A program made the position numbers and the translations under genes. Positions 1 through 24,432 of a stretch of DNA of 64,000 bases are shown piece after piece. Location of the stretch: assembly GCA_039096225.1 (NCBI GenBank), contig JBBPEB010000033.1, positions 124,001 to 188,000 on the forward strand. Reading direction: 5' to 3'. Source of the DNA: Blastocystis sp. Blastoise. Its lineage: Eukaryota; Protista; Bigyra: Opalinata. Numbering within the stretch: position 1 is the first letter of the stretch; each line of letters starts with the position of its first letter. Under the pieces are notes generated by a model that made no database searches, was not told the origin of the DNA, and saw nothing but the letters and a program-made list of their open reading frames with translations.

Positions 1-454
1 TCAGATTACATTCTGAACAAGTTGATGATGTTCTCAAATTATATATTATTTACTAGATATTATAGAATAGAATGATTACTCTTGTATTTTATATCTTATT
101 CTAGAACTACTCTATTATTAATAAAAATATAATCTATAGTTATATCTTGATATGGAAAAAGCATTAAACTTATATATACCAAATGAAAAGAGTTTATTCC
201 CTGCTGCTTTTGGTCATCTTACTTCTTCTATGTATGCTGCTGGTTATTATGGATATAATTGGGCTGATTGTTATGCTGCTGATTTCTTCGATGTCTTCAA
301 ACAACATGGAGTCATGAACAAAGAACTTGGTACTAAGTTTAGAAAAGAAGTTTTATCTCAAGGTAATTCTAAACCTGGCTTAGAAATTGCTGAGCAATTC
401 TTGGGAAGAAAAGTCAATCTTGATGCTTTATTAAAAGATAAAGGTTTCTTATAA
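1..454 (+). CDS. Peptidase family M3 (thimet oligopeptidase/oligopeptidase A-like), 3' end only
   Basis: Translation RLHSEQVDDVLK|LYLDMEK...FPAAFGHL..MYAAGYYGYNWAD..AADFF..F....G..FR..VL..G matches the M3 C-terminal motifs (FGHL/FSHI, YxAGYYxYxW). Exons 1-38 and 140-454, ending in TAA. Confidence 0.9.
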
Positions 455-2190
455 ACAATTAACTTCAAATAAGCTACTGTTTTTATATTACTTCAATGTA
501 TTAATGTTTTCTTTCGTTATTTTATATTTTTGATATTTAAATCTCATCATGAATATAATCAACGACATAAATAACTATATAGAGTAGTGGTATTCGTTTA
601 TAGACCACTATGGACATTTTGTGTTTTTTTGACCCTATTTCCCGTAAGAGAAACAACAAAATGACTGGGATTTTTTAATCAAAAATACGTTGGCCTAAAC
701 TCGAGAAAAGAGTGTCCGCCAACTTGTCAAGTTTCTCTCTTTTTGACGAGAAAAACTTAAAAATAACTCTACAAAATATATTGTTTATTTATATAATCAT
801 AGACATTCTAAATATTGACTATTTTACAGTGTTTTATGATTTAAAATGACTGTTTAAAACCAAAAAGACTTTAATTTTTTCTCTGAAGTCTATAATTCAG
901 GAATGGATTACATGAGTGAGAAGTTTTTAAAATTTGTGTATTCTCTGAGTGATATATTATCATTTCAATCATTCTCGTCAAGTCCTTTTACAATATAAAC
1001 CATTATACAGCCTAAATCAACACACACCTAAAAATTTCTTCTTTTTGATTTCCCAAGGAAAAAACAATAAAATGACTTGACTTTTTTATTCATAATTTTT
1101 TAGCCTAAAGACGACAGCATTCTTTTAGCCAACTACCCTAGAAAGTCAAAACAATTAAAAATTCAAAAAAGAAAAGTAAAACAGAAGCTCTTGTTTTTGT
1201 TTATTGATTATCGTCAATAAACCTGTTTTTAAAAATATGACTTTAGAATATCATTCAGGACTTGATTTATAGTTCAGGGTATCGTTTTAAGGTTTAAAAT
1301 AGCTTTTTTAAGAGAATTCATAATTATGTCCTAAACCAAGAGGAGTTGTGCGTTTTTATCATCTCTGTTGTTAGACATACTTATACACAACATACTCAGC
1401 TTACAAAATTGTTTTTCTTGCTTGTTGTGATTTTTCACTCATTTTTGAATATTTGATTTTTAGTTTCAAAAGTGGTATAAAGTGTCTATACATGCCTGTA
1501 AGAATCGATTTTAATACTATAAAGTCAAAAATATTAAAAAAAAGTGACAGCGAAAAAAGGAGGGAAAATATACTTTTTTGAATTTCTTGATATTCCCGCA
1601 AAAATGATTTTTCTTTTAAGACCTGAAGACACCCATACGCTATTGAGCCTATTGACTTAGAAAATATTTCATTTGTTACATATTTTTTTTATTTTTATTC
1701 TATTTTTATTTGCCTTTATTTTTAAAAATAGAAGCTCATTTTAACTTCAGACTGTTCCCTTGTATGTATATTGCTATTTTTTATTCTTTACCCATATTAA
1801 CATTCTCCCATTCTCTAGCATGTATAGGTTCCTGCTCGTCCGTGGTTATAAGAGTCCTCTTCAGTCCATGTCAACAACGTCTATGATGTCAAACTGTTTT
1901 CAAAGTATATATGTATTTATTTATTTTTATAATTATCTCTTATCTTTTTATTTTTTATATTGCTGTAATATTATATGATAAAATACTTATCGTATATTCA
2001 TTCTATCTATTATTAACTTTCTTTTTTTTTTCTTGAATTAGAATTCTAATTCATTTTATTATTTATTTTCATTATTTTTATATTTTTATTTATTATTATT
2101 TATTTATTTAGGTTGTTTTCTACTGTTTCTGTTGGTTATCTTTCCCTATGACTCAACATCACCAAATTCATTTTTTTCTATTAGGTATGT

Positions 2191-2221
<31 letters not shown>

Positions 2222-2229
2222 TTATCTAG

Positions 2230-6296
<4,067 letters not shown>

Positions 6297-6365
6297 CCTT
6301 AAGCTTAAATTGGTAAGTTTCAATCAATTTATGATTGAAAACAGGTTCAATTCCTGTCTTAAGGT
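6297..6365 (+). ncRNA. tRNA-like cloverleaf (not a canonical tRNA)
   Basis: Acceptor stem CCTTAAG/CTTAAGG; D-like arm CTTA-AATTGG-TAAG; 9-bp stem TTTCAATCA-ATTTA-TGATTGAAA; T arm ACAGG-TTCAATT-CCTGT containing the B-box GGTTCAATTCC. No linker nucleotides and no canonical 7-nt anticodon loop. Confidence 0.6.
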
Positions 6366-8205
6366 CGTTTATATAACTATTTTATGTATATATAGGTTTT
6401 AATATTCATATTGTATAAGATTTTCAAAAAATATATATTCAGAGAGGTGAAGATCAATTATGTTAATTACTATTTTTTTCTTTATATGTGTATTTATTTA
6501 ATCATTAAATGTATTAGTTGTATATAGATGATTCATAGAAACATTCAAAACAGTTTATTCAATACAAAAATATTCCAACAATTATCAATTACTTAATTAA
6601 GTGTATTGTCGAACACAGAATCTTCTCAAAAGATTGTTCAGGAGATTTTATAATGTTTATACGTAAAATATTAGTTTAGTTCCAAAAAATAATTCTATTT
6701 TTCAAAAATAGATTATCAAAAGATTCTGTGCAATTTTTTTTTCATATGATCAGTGTATCCTTGTACAGTAGAAAAAAATCATTTAAATACATTTTTGACT
6801 TGATAAACAATAAATTAAGAATTTATTCTTGTTAAAAAACAAAATATTTTGAAAATAATACTAAAATCATACAGATGACTAATGAAACTATTCATTCATT
6901 TACTCTTAACATGATTTAAGACAAGTCATAAAAATGGAGATTCTTTATATTTTATAATTTTTGATTAATTGATATCACTGTCATGTTTAAACTTCATTTA
7001 GACACTAAATATGCAATATGAGACGTTTCTGTTATTATTGAAAATAAAATATATATTTGAAATAATTTTAGTTTCACTAAAAATCACTGAAGATGATTAA
7101 ACACGGTAAGTAGACAATGAATAAATCATGAATATAACGATTAATGAGATTAAACATTTTTTTGATAAAAAAGTGATTTTTGCATTTGTTTTATAGTAAA
7201 CTATCAACACGATTCTGACTTTTCAATTAAAAATATACAAAATATTATTTTTGCTTATTCATATGCATATTTGATAGCTATGAGTCCTTAGTTGATAGAA
7301 AAAGTTGTTCTTGAGTAATTATAAAATAATAATTTGATTTGTTTTTGATATTATTGTAACAATAAACATTATTTTAACTGGAAAACACTCACTCTATACG
7401 TTTTGAGTTTATGAAGAGGTTTTAAAAGACTTTTACTTGATTACAATTGTTGACTTAATTGACTTTAAAATGTTTTTTGTTTCTTTTCAGTCATATTATG
7501 ATATTAAAATAATTGAAAATCTACACAAATAGATTAAAAAGTTGATATTTCATAACAATTTTGACTCTAGACCTTTTTTATCATCTTTCTCTTTATTTAA
7601 TCATTTTATTGAAAGTATGTGACTCAAATTAATACTCTAAATGAAGATTCAGACAATCATTCTGAATTATATGAATCACTTTTGTTTTGGGATTAGAAGT
7701 CTCAGGGTCTTCTCTATAAGTCTGTATTATAGCCTAGGTTTATTTAAAAAATAAGTTATACTTACAAAGTGATACTAAGAATAATTTTGATAATTAACTA
7801 TAAAAATGACTCTTCTGTCGTCTAAACTAATTATAAAACATTATAATGATAAATAAATATATAATTCTTTAAAATAAAACATTTTTTATAGTATTAATAA
7901 TAATTAGGATAAATTGAAAATAACAATAACAATATCCATTTTCCTCATAGAAATAAAATTTCTCTTTCTCTTTTATTCTTAACCATTCATTTTATTTATG
8001 ATGAAGATTCTCTATATTTAGTAGATATGAGATTATTCATGTTTATTTTCATTATTTCAGCTATATCTTCTAAATTCCTATTACACCCTTTTATAACAAA
8101 ACAAAATCCTACATGACTTATCACATATTTATTTTATTATATCTTATATCATTATAATGATGTATTATTAAATTATTACTTTATTTCATATCATATGATA
8201 CTATT

Positions 8206-9031
8206 ATGATGGTAGGTGTTTGCTGTTTCTTTATATTTTATTTTTTCTACTCTATTCATTCATTTTCTATAGTAGCTGTCTCTGCTTCTTGCTGTGGCTA
8301 TTCCTGGTCTCCTTAAGTGTTCTGCTCCTTCTTGTGTGTGGTTATGGTTCTCTTATAGGTATATATATATATATTTCTTTTTCTAATTATTTTTATAGTT
8401 ATGCTGCTTGGGTCTAGAATGAAGGGAATCAACATGAATAAAAGGTACATATATATCTATATTATCTATTACATATTATATAACTAACCCCACTTTATAT
8501 TTATATAGGAGTAATGTATATATTTATATTTTATTATTCTATATTATTTTATTATATCATATATTATTATATTCTACAACTCACTCTATCTTTATATAGG
8601 TTTCCATAAGTTCTGTTGCTGTCGTTGTTGGCCAATTGGAGAATGGTTTATAAAAAGTATATATATATATTTAATTATATTGTTTTATTCATTATACTAT
8701 TTATCATATATCTTTTATAGGATGGTTCTTTGTCTTTGATTCCTTGCCTGTCTTGTAATGATTAGAAAAGGTATATATTTTTTATTTTATTATTATTTTA
8801 AAATGTTATATATATATTATTATTAGTAATACTTAACTAATATCATCTCTTTATATAGGTTGGTTAGGCTTAAATGCAAATTAAAGACTGAAACTGTCCT
8901 GGTTGAAATATTATAAATTAAATATTATATATATTTTATTATATTATTTATTATATGTTTTATTATCTTTTTTTTATATATTTATTATTATTGTTTTCTA
9001 TTATTTGTTTTTATGATTATTTGATAATATT
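8206..9031 (+). other. Candidate multi-exon spliced transcript 2 (non-coding or micro-ORF)
   Basis: GC-richer blocks 8273-8358, 8399-8444, 8509-8515, 8600-8656, 8721-8770 and 8859 onward, each bounded by TATAG and GTA(T/C)AT like the host introns. No frame from an ATG runs through them. Confidence 0.5.
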
Positions 9032-9206
9032 TAATTTGTTTGTTTTGTTATATCGTTTATTATTACACCACAAAAAGAATAAAAAAAGCCAATAAATGAA
9101 AAAATAGAGAATATTTAAAACCATTTTTATTCGCCAATTATTGTTTTAAGGTGCGTCATACTTTTGCACTGCTTTTCGATTTTATAAAATCACTGAAACT
9201 CTGACA

Positions 9207-9415
9207 AAAAATTTCACTGCTCACCACTGGGGAAACCAAAGCAAAAAAGTCGTTGGACCTTTTGTCAGCTACCCTTTAAAATTTTTTCACTGCTCCACCA
9301 CTGGGGAAACCAAACAGAAAAATCAAATAACCTTTTGTCAGCTACATATTTAAAAATTTTCACTGCTCACCACTGGGGAAACCAAAACAAAAAAGTCGTT
9401 GGACCTTTTGACAGA
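9207..9415 (+). repeat. Three ~73-bp direct repeats (subterminal repeats of the element)
   Basis: Core TTTCACTGCTC(C)ACCACTGGGGAAACCAAA at about 9212, 9285 and 9358, each followed by ...ACCTTTTG(T/A)CAG. Confidence 0.9.
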
Positions 9416-9873
9416 AACCTGAAAAAATGTCCATAGTGACAGTTAATGAACATTGTACAAACCACTGTAATTTAAAGTAATTAACAAAGATAATAACAAA
9501 TGAATGATATGAATGATTCTTTTATTCATTAAATTAAAGACAAAGCATTTTAAGTAACTTTCAAATCGTTATTTTAAAAAATAGACAAAAGAAACTGACT
9601 TCATCATGGAGATGCAAAACTTGATGTTTTCTCCATTTATTCTAATAGAAACAAAATCCTTCTTTAAGGTTCTATTTCGTCAGAGAAAAAGTATAAAAAA
9701 TCAAGATTAATTGGACTTTTAAAATGGAATTAAGCCAATTATATGAGTTAAAACGCTACCCTCGACTTAGGCGCATGGTTACTCCAAATATTTTTCCCTG
9801 TAAAGATTCCTAAGTTGACGATAATTGGATTTATTAAAGTATTTTATCTGATTTTTATATGTTTTAATGAAAA

Positions 9874-11884
9874 ATGGCTGAACAAGGTATATTTATATGT
9901 TATCAATTTTATTATCAAAATCTATATGATTAATTATAGTAACTGAATCTGTTATTATTACAAAAGTATGTCAATTCTTTCTTTTTTTCTTTACACATTT
10001 ATATTTCTTATAGCCTGAATTTGTAATTCGTGTTTCTGATCCTCAAAGAATCGGAGAAGGTGTAAAATCTTACATGTCTTATAAGGTTTCTACTCAAACT
10101 ACAAGTGATGCTTATCGTTATTCTGAATTTAGTGTTATTCGTCGTTACAGTGATTTCTTATGGCTTCATAATATTTTATCTGATGAATATAAACATGTTG
10201 TTATTCCTCCGATTCCTGAAAAGAATAGTACTACTAAGTTTGATGCTGAATTTGTTGAATTAAGAAGAAGAGCTCTTCAAACTTTCTTAAATAAAGTTGG
10301 TGTATGTGATTATTATTTGATTTGATTTTTGGAGGCAGTTTCAATTTTTTATTTTATTTTCTCAAATACAAAACTAATACATATTCCTAATATTTTATAT
10401 ATAGGAACATGCTGTTCTTAAGAATTCTAAGAATTTCAAGTTATTCCTTGATGCTGATCCTGAAGATTTAAAGGAAAAAGAAAGTGAATTCAAAAATGTA
10501 TTTTTTAAAGATATATATGAATTTTTATTTAATGATTAATAATATATATATAATATATACTCTATATATATGTTTATAGACTATAAATATGAAGGATATC
10601 ACAGAGAATCCTTTAGAAGCTACAAAGAAATTATTAGGTATAATGGGATCTGCTCTTACTAAGGCTTCTACTCAAGTGAAAGATAAATTAGATAAGGAAA
10701 TCAAAGGAGATGTACCCAAAGATGCGGCTTCTCAAAAACTTCTGAAATATGCTGAATATCTTGCAGGTATTTTATATATATTATGTTTTATTTTTTTTTT
10801 CATAAAATTATTTATCATTATTATTTATATTTATGTTTTATTTTTTTTTTCATAAAATTATTTATCATTATCATATATATTTATGTTTATTTTTTTTTTG
10901 TAAAATTATTTACCATTATTATATTATATATATTTTTGTTTATTTAAAAATTATTTATCATTATTATATTATATATATTTATGTTTATTTAAAAATTATT
11001 TATCATTATTATATTATATATATATATATATTTCTATATCTCTATATATTTTATAGATTTTAAGAAGGAATTAGATGCCATGGTTGTTCATTGTAATGAT
11101 TTTATTGATAAAGAAAGAGATATTTCTGATAGTTATGTTGAATTACTTGATGGTCTTACTAGTTTGAGTAACTGTGAAACAAATGATTTTAGTGTTGCCT
11201 TAAAGGATGTGGTGAGTGTATATGAAAATCTATCTCAATTATATCAAGAAAAGTGTAATAGAGAAATTTATTTACTTTATGATCCCTTCCGTGAAATGGC
11301 TTGTGAAGTTAAAGAAATTCAACTCACTTTAAATAGAAGACAACAACTTCAAATTGTATGATAATAATAATGTTTTTTTAATTATTTTTATTGTTTGTTA
11401 ATATTATATTAATATTATTTATTTATTATTATATATTATTCTATAACTATATCAATATTACAAATAACTAATGAATATCTTATGATTAACTATTGTCTAT
11501 TCTAGGATTATAATAATGCTTATCGTGATGCTAAGGCTCTTAAGGCTAAAGTTGAAAAGGCTGCTGCTGCTGGAGATAGTAAGAAAAGAACTTATGAGAA
11601 ACAGGAAAAAAGAGCAAAGAAGATTGCTAAGAAGATGCAAAAGGAATTAAAAGAATTCGAAGATAAATTAGATAAAGAACTTGAAGATTGCTCTGTAAAG
11701 AGAAATCAAGAAATGAGAAATATTTTCCTTGATTTCTACAGTTTACAAGTTTTCTATGCTGATTTAGCTAAGAAATTGTGGACTCCTGTGTTAGAAAAGT
11801 TAAAATCTGTAGATATTGAGAGTGTTCAAAATGCTGCTCTTGCTCATGCTCAAGAACAAATTGAAAATGACCTCACTGGTAATC

Positions 11885-11923
<39 letters not shown>

Positions 11924-12262
11924 CTGAAGAATCTTCTGAAGAGGAAAAACCTAAGAAGAAGGCTAAGAAACCTGCTAAAAAAGCTGAAAAGAAACCTACT
12001 AAGAAACCTGCTAAGGTATATATATACATTGTTTTTTCTATTCATATTTATAAATAATATATAAATTAAATTAAATTGTAAATAATATATAAATAAAATA
12101 AAATTATAAATAATATATAAATAAAATAAAATTATAAATAATATATAAAAAAAATTATATCAACTCTAGAAATCAAAGGAAGATTCTGATGATGATATTC
12201 TTGAAGATGATGATCTTGAAGAAGTTTCCACTCCTTCTAGCGTTTCTGATTTAAGTGATTAA
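9874..12262 (+). CDS. Sorting nexin, PX-BAR (SNX1/2/Vps5-like), 8 exons
   Basis: PX motifs VSDPQRIGEG..SYMSYKV, VIRRYSDFLWL, IPPIPEK, FVELRRRALQTFL; helical BAR region ending FYADLAKKLW; acidic/Lys-rich tail. All introns are GT-AG. Confidence 0.9.
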
Positions 12263-12640
12263 ACTATTGGCTCAATCAATTAAACATTCTTGCAATACTT
12301 CAATTGATTTGTACTTTTTTTATATTTCTTTTTAATCAATTTTATATAGTTTGTAATGTATTATTTCCCTTTCTGCAATGTTATTACTATTTTAATAAAA
12401 TATGTTTTTTGTTTTATCAAATTTTTTTTCACTCATGCAACATTTTATTATCTATATTTGAATTTCTACATAATAAATTGAATAGTTGTATAGGATCGAC
12501 CTATATATATATTTTTGTAAATCATGAAATGATTATAATAAAAAACAATCAATATTATCGATAGTTATATTATTTTTGCCACTAAGAGAATAAACAATTT
12601 TTACAATTTTTCTATTTTAGCCATTTAAAGTTGTATTATT

Positions 12641-14762
<2,122 letters not shown>

Positions 14763-15428
14763 TTATTGTTTCTATTTTTATTTCATTATTGAGTTTATGT
14801 GTCGTTTCTTTTTTTTATTTTGTCTCTATTCATTTCTCATTTCATAAAATTAATTTTAAATTCTTTTAAATATTAAAAAAAAACATTTCATTAAATAAAT
14901 ATTTCGTATTCTGTAATTTGACAAAATGAATTTAAAAATCACATTTTGTAAAAACATTAACTGATAATCTTTATTATATATTCAACAATATATTATTATA
15001 AAACATATAAATTGACTAAAAATAGTACTTAAAGGAGCTCCTTAATTATTATAAACACATTTCCTCATAAATAATCATTGAAATATGAAATATATACTTG
15101 AGTAACATAAATTATATGAATAAATATTGAAAATTGTTCCCATGAAGAAAAACAATGTTGTTCACAATTCTCTTGATATGATTCGCTTACTTATCATGAC
15201 TTTTTTATGACTTATTTTATCAATCACTATACAAAGAAAACCGTGGAAAACAGTAAAACAAAAGTGAAATCATACTAATTTTTATGATTCTTCATTATAC
15301 TATTCTCTATAGAAACAGAATAAAGTTAACTTTAAAAAAATAACAAAGTAATACCCTATTGAGATTTCTATCTATATTCTGAGTTCATTTATTATAACTT
15401 TTTAAAATATACTATTTGATTATAATAA

Positions 15429-19879
<4,451 letters not shown>

Positions 19880-19910
19880 TAGATTCATTCTAAAGGCATT
19901 ACATATACTC

Positions 19911-19945
<35 letters not shown>

Positions 19946-20937
19946 TATACTCATTATTCAACTATGTTTTCTTTTTGTTTTTTTTTTACTGTACATCTTT
20001 TACTATATATACATCTATATATAAGCATATGATCTGTATTGTCATTTGTGAATCTCATTTTATTATTTTCAACTTTTTTCTATATATAATATATTATATA
20101 TATATATATAGTTTATTATAACTCTTTTTGTTCATTTTCCATTTTTTAACATTCTTTTTTTATTTTTTATATATGACTCTATTATTATGATACTATATAT
20201 ATGAACTATTGTAATTCTTATTATAATTCTATTCACATTGTTCATAATTATATTAGTTTTATTTATAATCATAATAATATTAGTTTTATTTATAATCATA
20301 ATAATATTAGTTTTATAATCATAATAATATTAGTTCTATTTATAATCATAATAATATTAGTTCTATCCACTATCATCAGTATAATAATACATATTAATAT
20401 AATAAATATAATAATAATCTATAATAATAATATACTTATATATAATCTATAATAATAATATACTTATATATAATCTATAACTATACTATATAAATATACT
20501 ATATATATTATTAAAATCCATTAATGATTTAATTTCATTTTTCTTGTTTCCTGTACTCTATATATCTATATAGATGTATCTTAATATTCATATTATTCAT
20601 ATTTCTTTTTTTTTATTTTTTCATATTCTCATCTATATATATTTATATATATATATATATCATTAAGTTATGTCTAGTTCAATAATTATGTTTATGTTTT
20701 TTGTTGTTGCATATTTTTTTTTCACTATTTAAAAGAATATTCATTTATTTCGTTTCTTGAATTCATTCTCATCCTTTTATTCTCCTTTGTATTTATAGTT
20801 AATTTGCTATTTCTTTAGTGTCTTTATTTACTTAAATGTCATCGTTTAATTGTTCTATTTTCCTTCTCATTCTGTATATATTATTTAGTTTTTCCATTTG
20901 TTCGTATTTATTATTTCTGTTGTGTCATATCCCTATT

Positions 20938-20987
<50 letters not shown>

Positions 20988-21321
20988 TTATTTCGATGAC
21001 TTTTGCCATTCTATTCTATTTATTATTTATATATAATATAAATTAAAAAATCTCATTTATATGTTTATTGTTTTAATATTATACATATTCATGTTGCTTT
21101 GTATGTATATTATTCCTCGTAACTATTTTTTCTTTTCCAATCTTATATTATTCATTTACATAAATGATACTTTTATTTATCTTAATATTTATACTTTTAT
21201 TTTGTTCTGCTTTCTTCTTTGACTTATTATTATAGTTCATATTTATTTTTTTTTAATATAACAAAATATATTTATAAATCTTATTACTTTTTCTTAATTA
21301 ATATAATAGTATTCTTAATAA

Positions 21322-21357
<36 letters not shown>

Positions 21358-21421
21358 ACAATTTAGGCATATTTACTTAAATTACTTTTGTATTCTTGGT
21401 TCTATCATATTTTTAATTATA

Positions 21422-21975
21422 TTACTCTTCTTTGAGTTTTGATGAATCTTTTTTAATTTGTTTATTATATTGTTTTGTTTCTTCTTTTTCATCATTATCA
21501 TTATCTTCTTCATCTTTTTCATTAAATGCACTCATGATATATTTGTATATCACTATATTTGTAATAAAAACAGCTGCCAATGAACTATATAAAGTATTAA
21601 ATATATATATATGTTATATTTCCAGTTAAAAACCTTATTTGAAATGTTGTAATATATACATACATAATAATAATAATATAAATTTAAATTTAATAAAAAA
21701 AAATCTTAAAAAACAATTTTAGTAAAAATAAAATACCCTATTGCTACAGCAGATGACTTTTCAAGAATAACCACTTTTGTGAAAATGAAATATAAAAGTG
21801 CATAGGTTGTTAATGGGAACAAAAACATATATAAACTATATTTCATTAGTTTTCCCATGACTTGTTGGTTCTCAGGAAGTTCAAAACTAGATAAAAACTT
21901 ATGAGAAACAATAATCTTTATGTAATTACAATAATATTTATTATTAACTTACGCATTTTGTTTTTTATTTTGCAT
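21422..21975 (-). CDS. VMA21: V-ATPase assembly factor VMA21, 3 exons (absent from the ORF track)
   Basis: Spliced product MQNKKQNAFELPENQQVMGKLMKYSLYMFLFPLTTY...AIGSLAAVFITNIVIYKYIMSAFNE...SKLKEE* has two TM helices, the KL..(F/Y)S..M...P and N.V...Y...AFNE pattern, and a C-terminal KxKxx ER-retrieval signal. Confidence 0.85.
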
Positions 21976-22230
21976 GCTTATAATATAAATTCAAATGAAG
22001 TTAAATAATAGATTATAAAATAAATATTTGATTAGAATAATAATAAACAAGTAAAAGAATTCAGTTTCATTTAGACTTTTTCAACCGGATTATTCTATTC
22101 GAAGAATGTAAATTAAAGGCAAGAGTCAGAAGAAAATCATGGTTATAGACATTGTTTTCTTTTCCTTTTATTTTTTAAAGTATTTGTTTTCTTTTCTTTT
22201 TAACATCAATATAGAATATAAAGTGATAAA

Positions 22231-24017
22231 ATGAAGTTAGATGTCAAGGTATTAAGGTAAATTATTAAATGAGATAAATTTGCTATTATTCTTGTAGATA
22301 TATGTCTCAAGAACATTTTCGTGTTCTTACTGCTATTGAAATGGGTATGAAAAATCATGACCTAGTTCCGATTCCTTTAATTGTTATGATTTCAGCTTTA
22401 AAACATGGAGGTGTCCATAAGATTCTTAGTGATCTTTTACGTGACAAGCTTGTAACACATGAAAGAGGAATGTATGAAGGCTATAAATTAACTTATGGTG
22501 GTTATGATTATTTAGCTTTACGTGCTATGGTAAAAAGAGGTACTATTGCTTCTGTAGGTCAACAGATTGGTGTAGGAAAAGAATCCGATATTTATATTGT
22601 ATATATATATTATTATATTATTCATTTTTCTAAACTCTATTATTCTTAATAAGTTTATTTTCATTATATATATATATATATATAATATAGGTTGAAAATG
22701 ATGCAGGTGAACAATTATGTTTAAAACTTCATCGTTTAGGAAGAATTTCTTTTCGTTCTATTAAATCTGTATGTATTAATTATATTTATCATATTATGTA
22801 TATATATGTTTTTTTGTTCTATAAATATATATGTTTTTTTTTATTTAATAAGTATAAATATATTTTATATATATATATATATAGAAACGTGATTATCTCA
22901 AGTCAGGTCAAAGTGCTAGTTGGCTATATATGTCTCGTCTAGCTGCTATTAAAGAATATGCATTTATGAAAGTATATATTATATTATATATAATATATTA
23001 TATATATTATATATAATATATTATATATATAATATATAATATATATAGGCCTTACATGATGCTGGGTTTCCTACTCCTACTCCAATTGATCAAAGCCGTC
23101 ATTGTATCCTAATGTCCTTTGCTCAAGGGATCCCTCTCTATCAAATGAGGGACGTCCCTCATCCTGAACACATCCGAGATCAAATGTTTCAGATGATTAT
23201 AGATCTGGCTGAACACGGATTAATTCATGGAGATTTCAATGAATATAATATGCTTATTGACGATAACTTAAAATTAACACTTATTGATTTCCCTCAAATG
23301 GTATCTACATCACATGTCAATGCGGAATATTATTTTAATCGTGATGTAGAATGTGTATGCCGATTCTTCCTTAAGAAATTATATATAGAAACAGATGACT
23401 CTGTATATAGATATAAATATTTATTATTTTCTATATTATTTTCTTTATTATTTTCTTTATTATTTTCTTTATTATTTTCTATATTATTTTCTTTATTTTT
23501 TTATTTATTATTCTATTTATTATTTTCTTTATTAATCTATTTATTATTTTCTTTATTATTTTTTTATTATTTTTTTTATTATTCTATTCCTTATTCTATT
23601 TATTATTCTATTTATTATTTTAGTTGCTACCAAAATTGGAAAATATTAAAAATGTGAAAGAACTGGATGTTCAAGTATATATATTATATAATAATAATTA
23701 TTATATAATAATAAATATTATTATAGGTAAAAGCAAGTGGTTTTAAGAGTGAAGATGATGAAGCATTACTTAAATTAATGGAAGAAGGAAGAGAACAAGA
23801 AAATGAGGGTATTATAAATAATAATAATGAAGAAGAAGGAGAAGAAGAAGAAGAAGAAGAGCCTGAATCTATAGAGAATGAAGATACTACTAATTATATA
23901 GTTGATGAGAATGAAGTAAAAGAATTAGAAGCATATAAAAAACAATACTTGGAAGAAGAAGGAGAAGAAGAAGAAGAAGAAAATGATAATAGTAATAGTG
24001 ATGATAATAATGAAGAA

Positions 24018-24049
<32 letters not shown>

Positions 24050-24432
24050 GATTCATCATCAATATGAAGGAAAGAATGTATGCTTCCTTTGTGGAAAGGA
24101 AGGACATAAAGCTAAGAAATGTCCTACTGTTACAGGAATTGAAATCAATGATGAGAAAACTCCACAAATTAAACAAAAGAAAATTAAAAAGATTTCTGAT
24201 TATTCTATTCGTAATAAAGTATATATATATATCAATTGATACCCTATGTTTTATTTAAACTACAATTATATAAAACAAAACTCTATATAAATATACTATA
24301 CTCATTCCTTTATTATTCTAGATTCGTACTAATTTAGACAAACGTACAGCTCGTAATCAAACAGTTAGTCGTAATATGGAAAAGAATAGAGAACGAAGAC
24401 TTAATATCAATGCTGCTAAGGAATGGATGTAA
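22231..24432 (+). CDS. RIO2: RIO2 kinase (40S maturation), 8 exons, with a CCHC zinc knuckle in the acidic tail
   Basis: FRVLTAIEMGMKNHDLVP, GYKLTYGGYDYLAL, IGVGKESDIY, IHGDFNEYN, IDFPQMVSTSH. Confidence 0.97.

Noticed and set aside
9207-9415. CRISPR-like array
   Set aside because: The intervening sequences are similar to each other (tandem ~73-bp units), the context is eukaryotic, and there are no cas genes.
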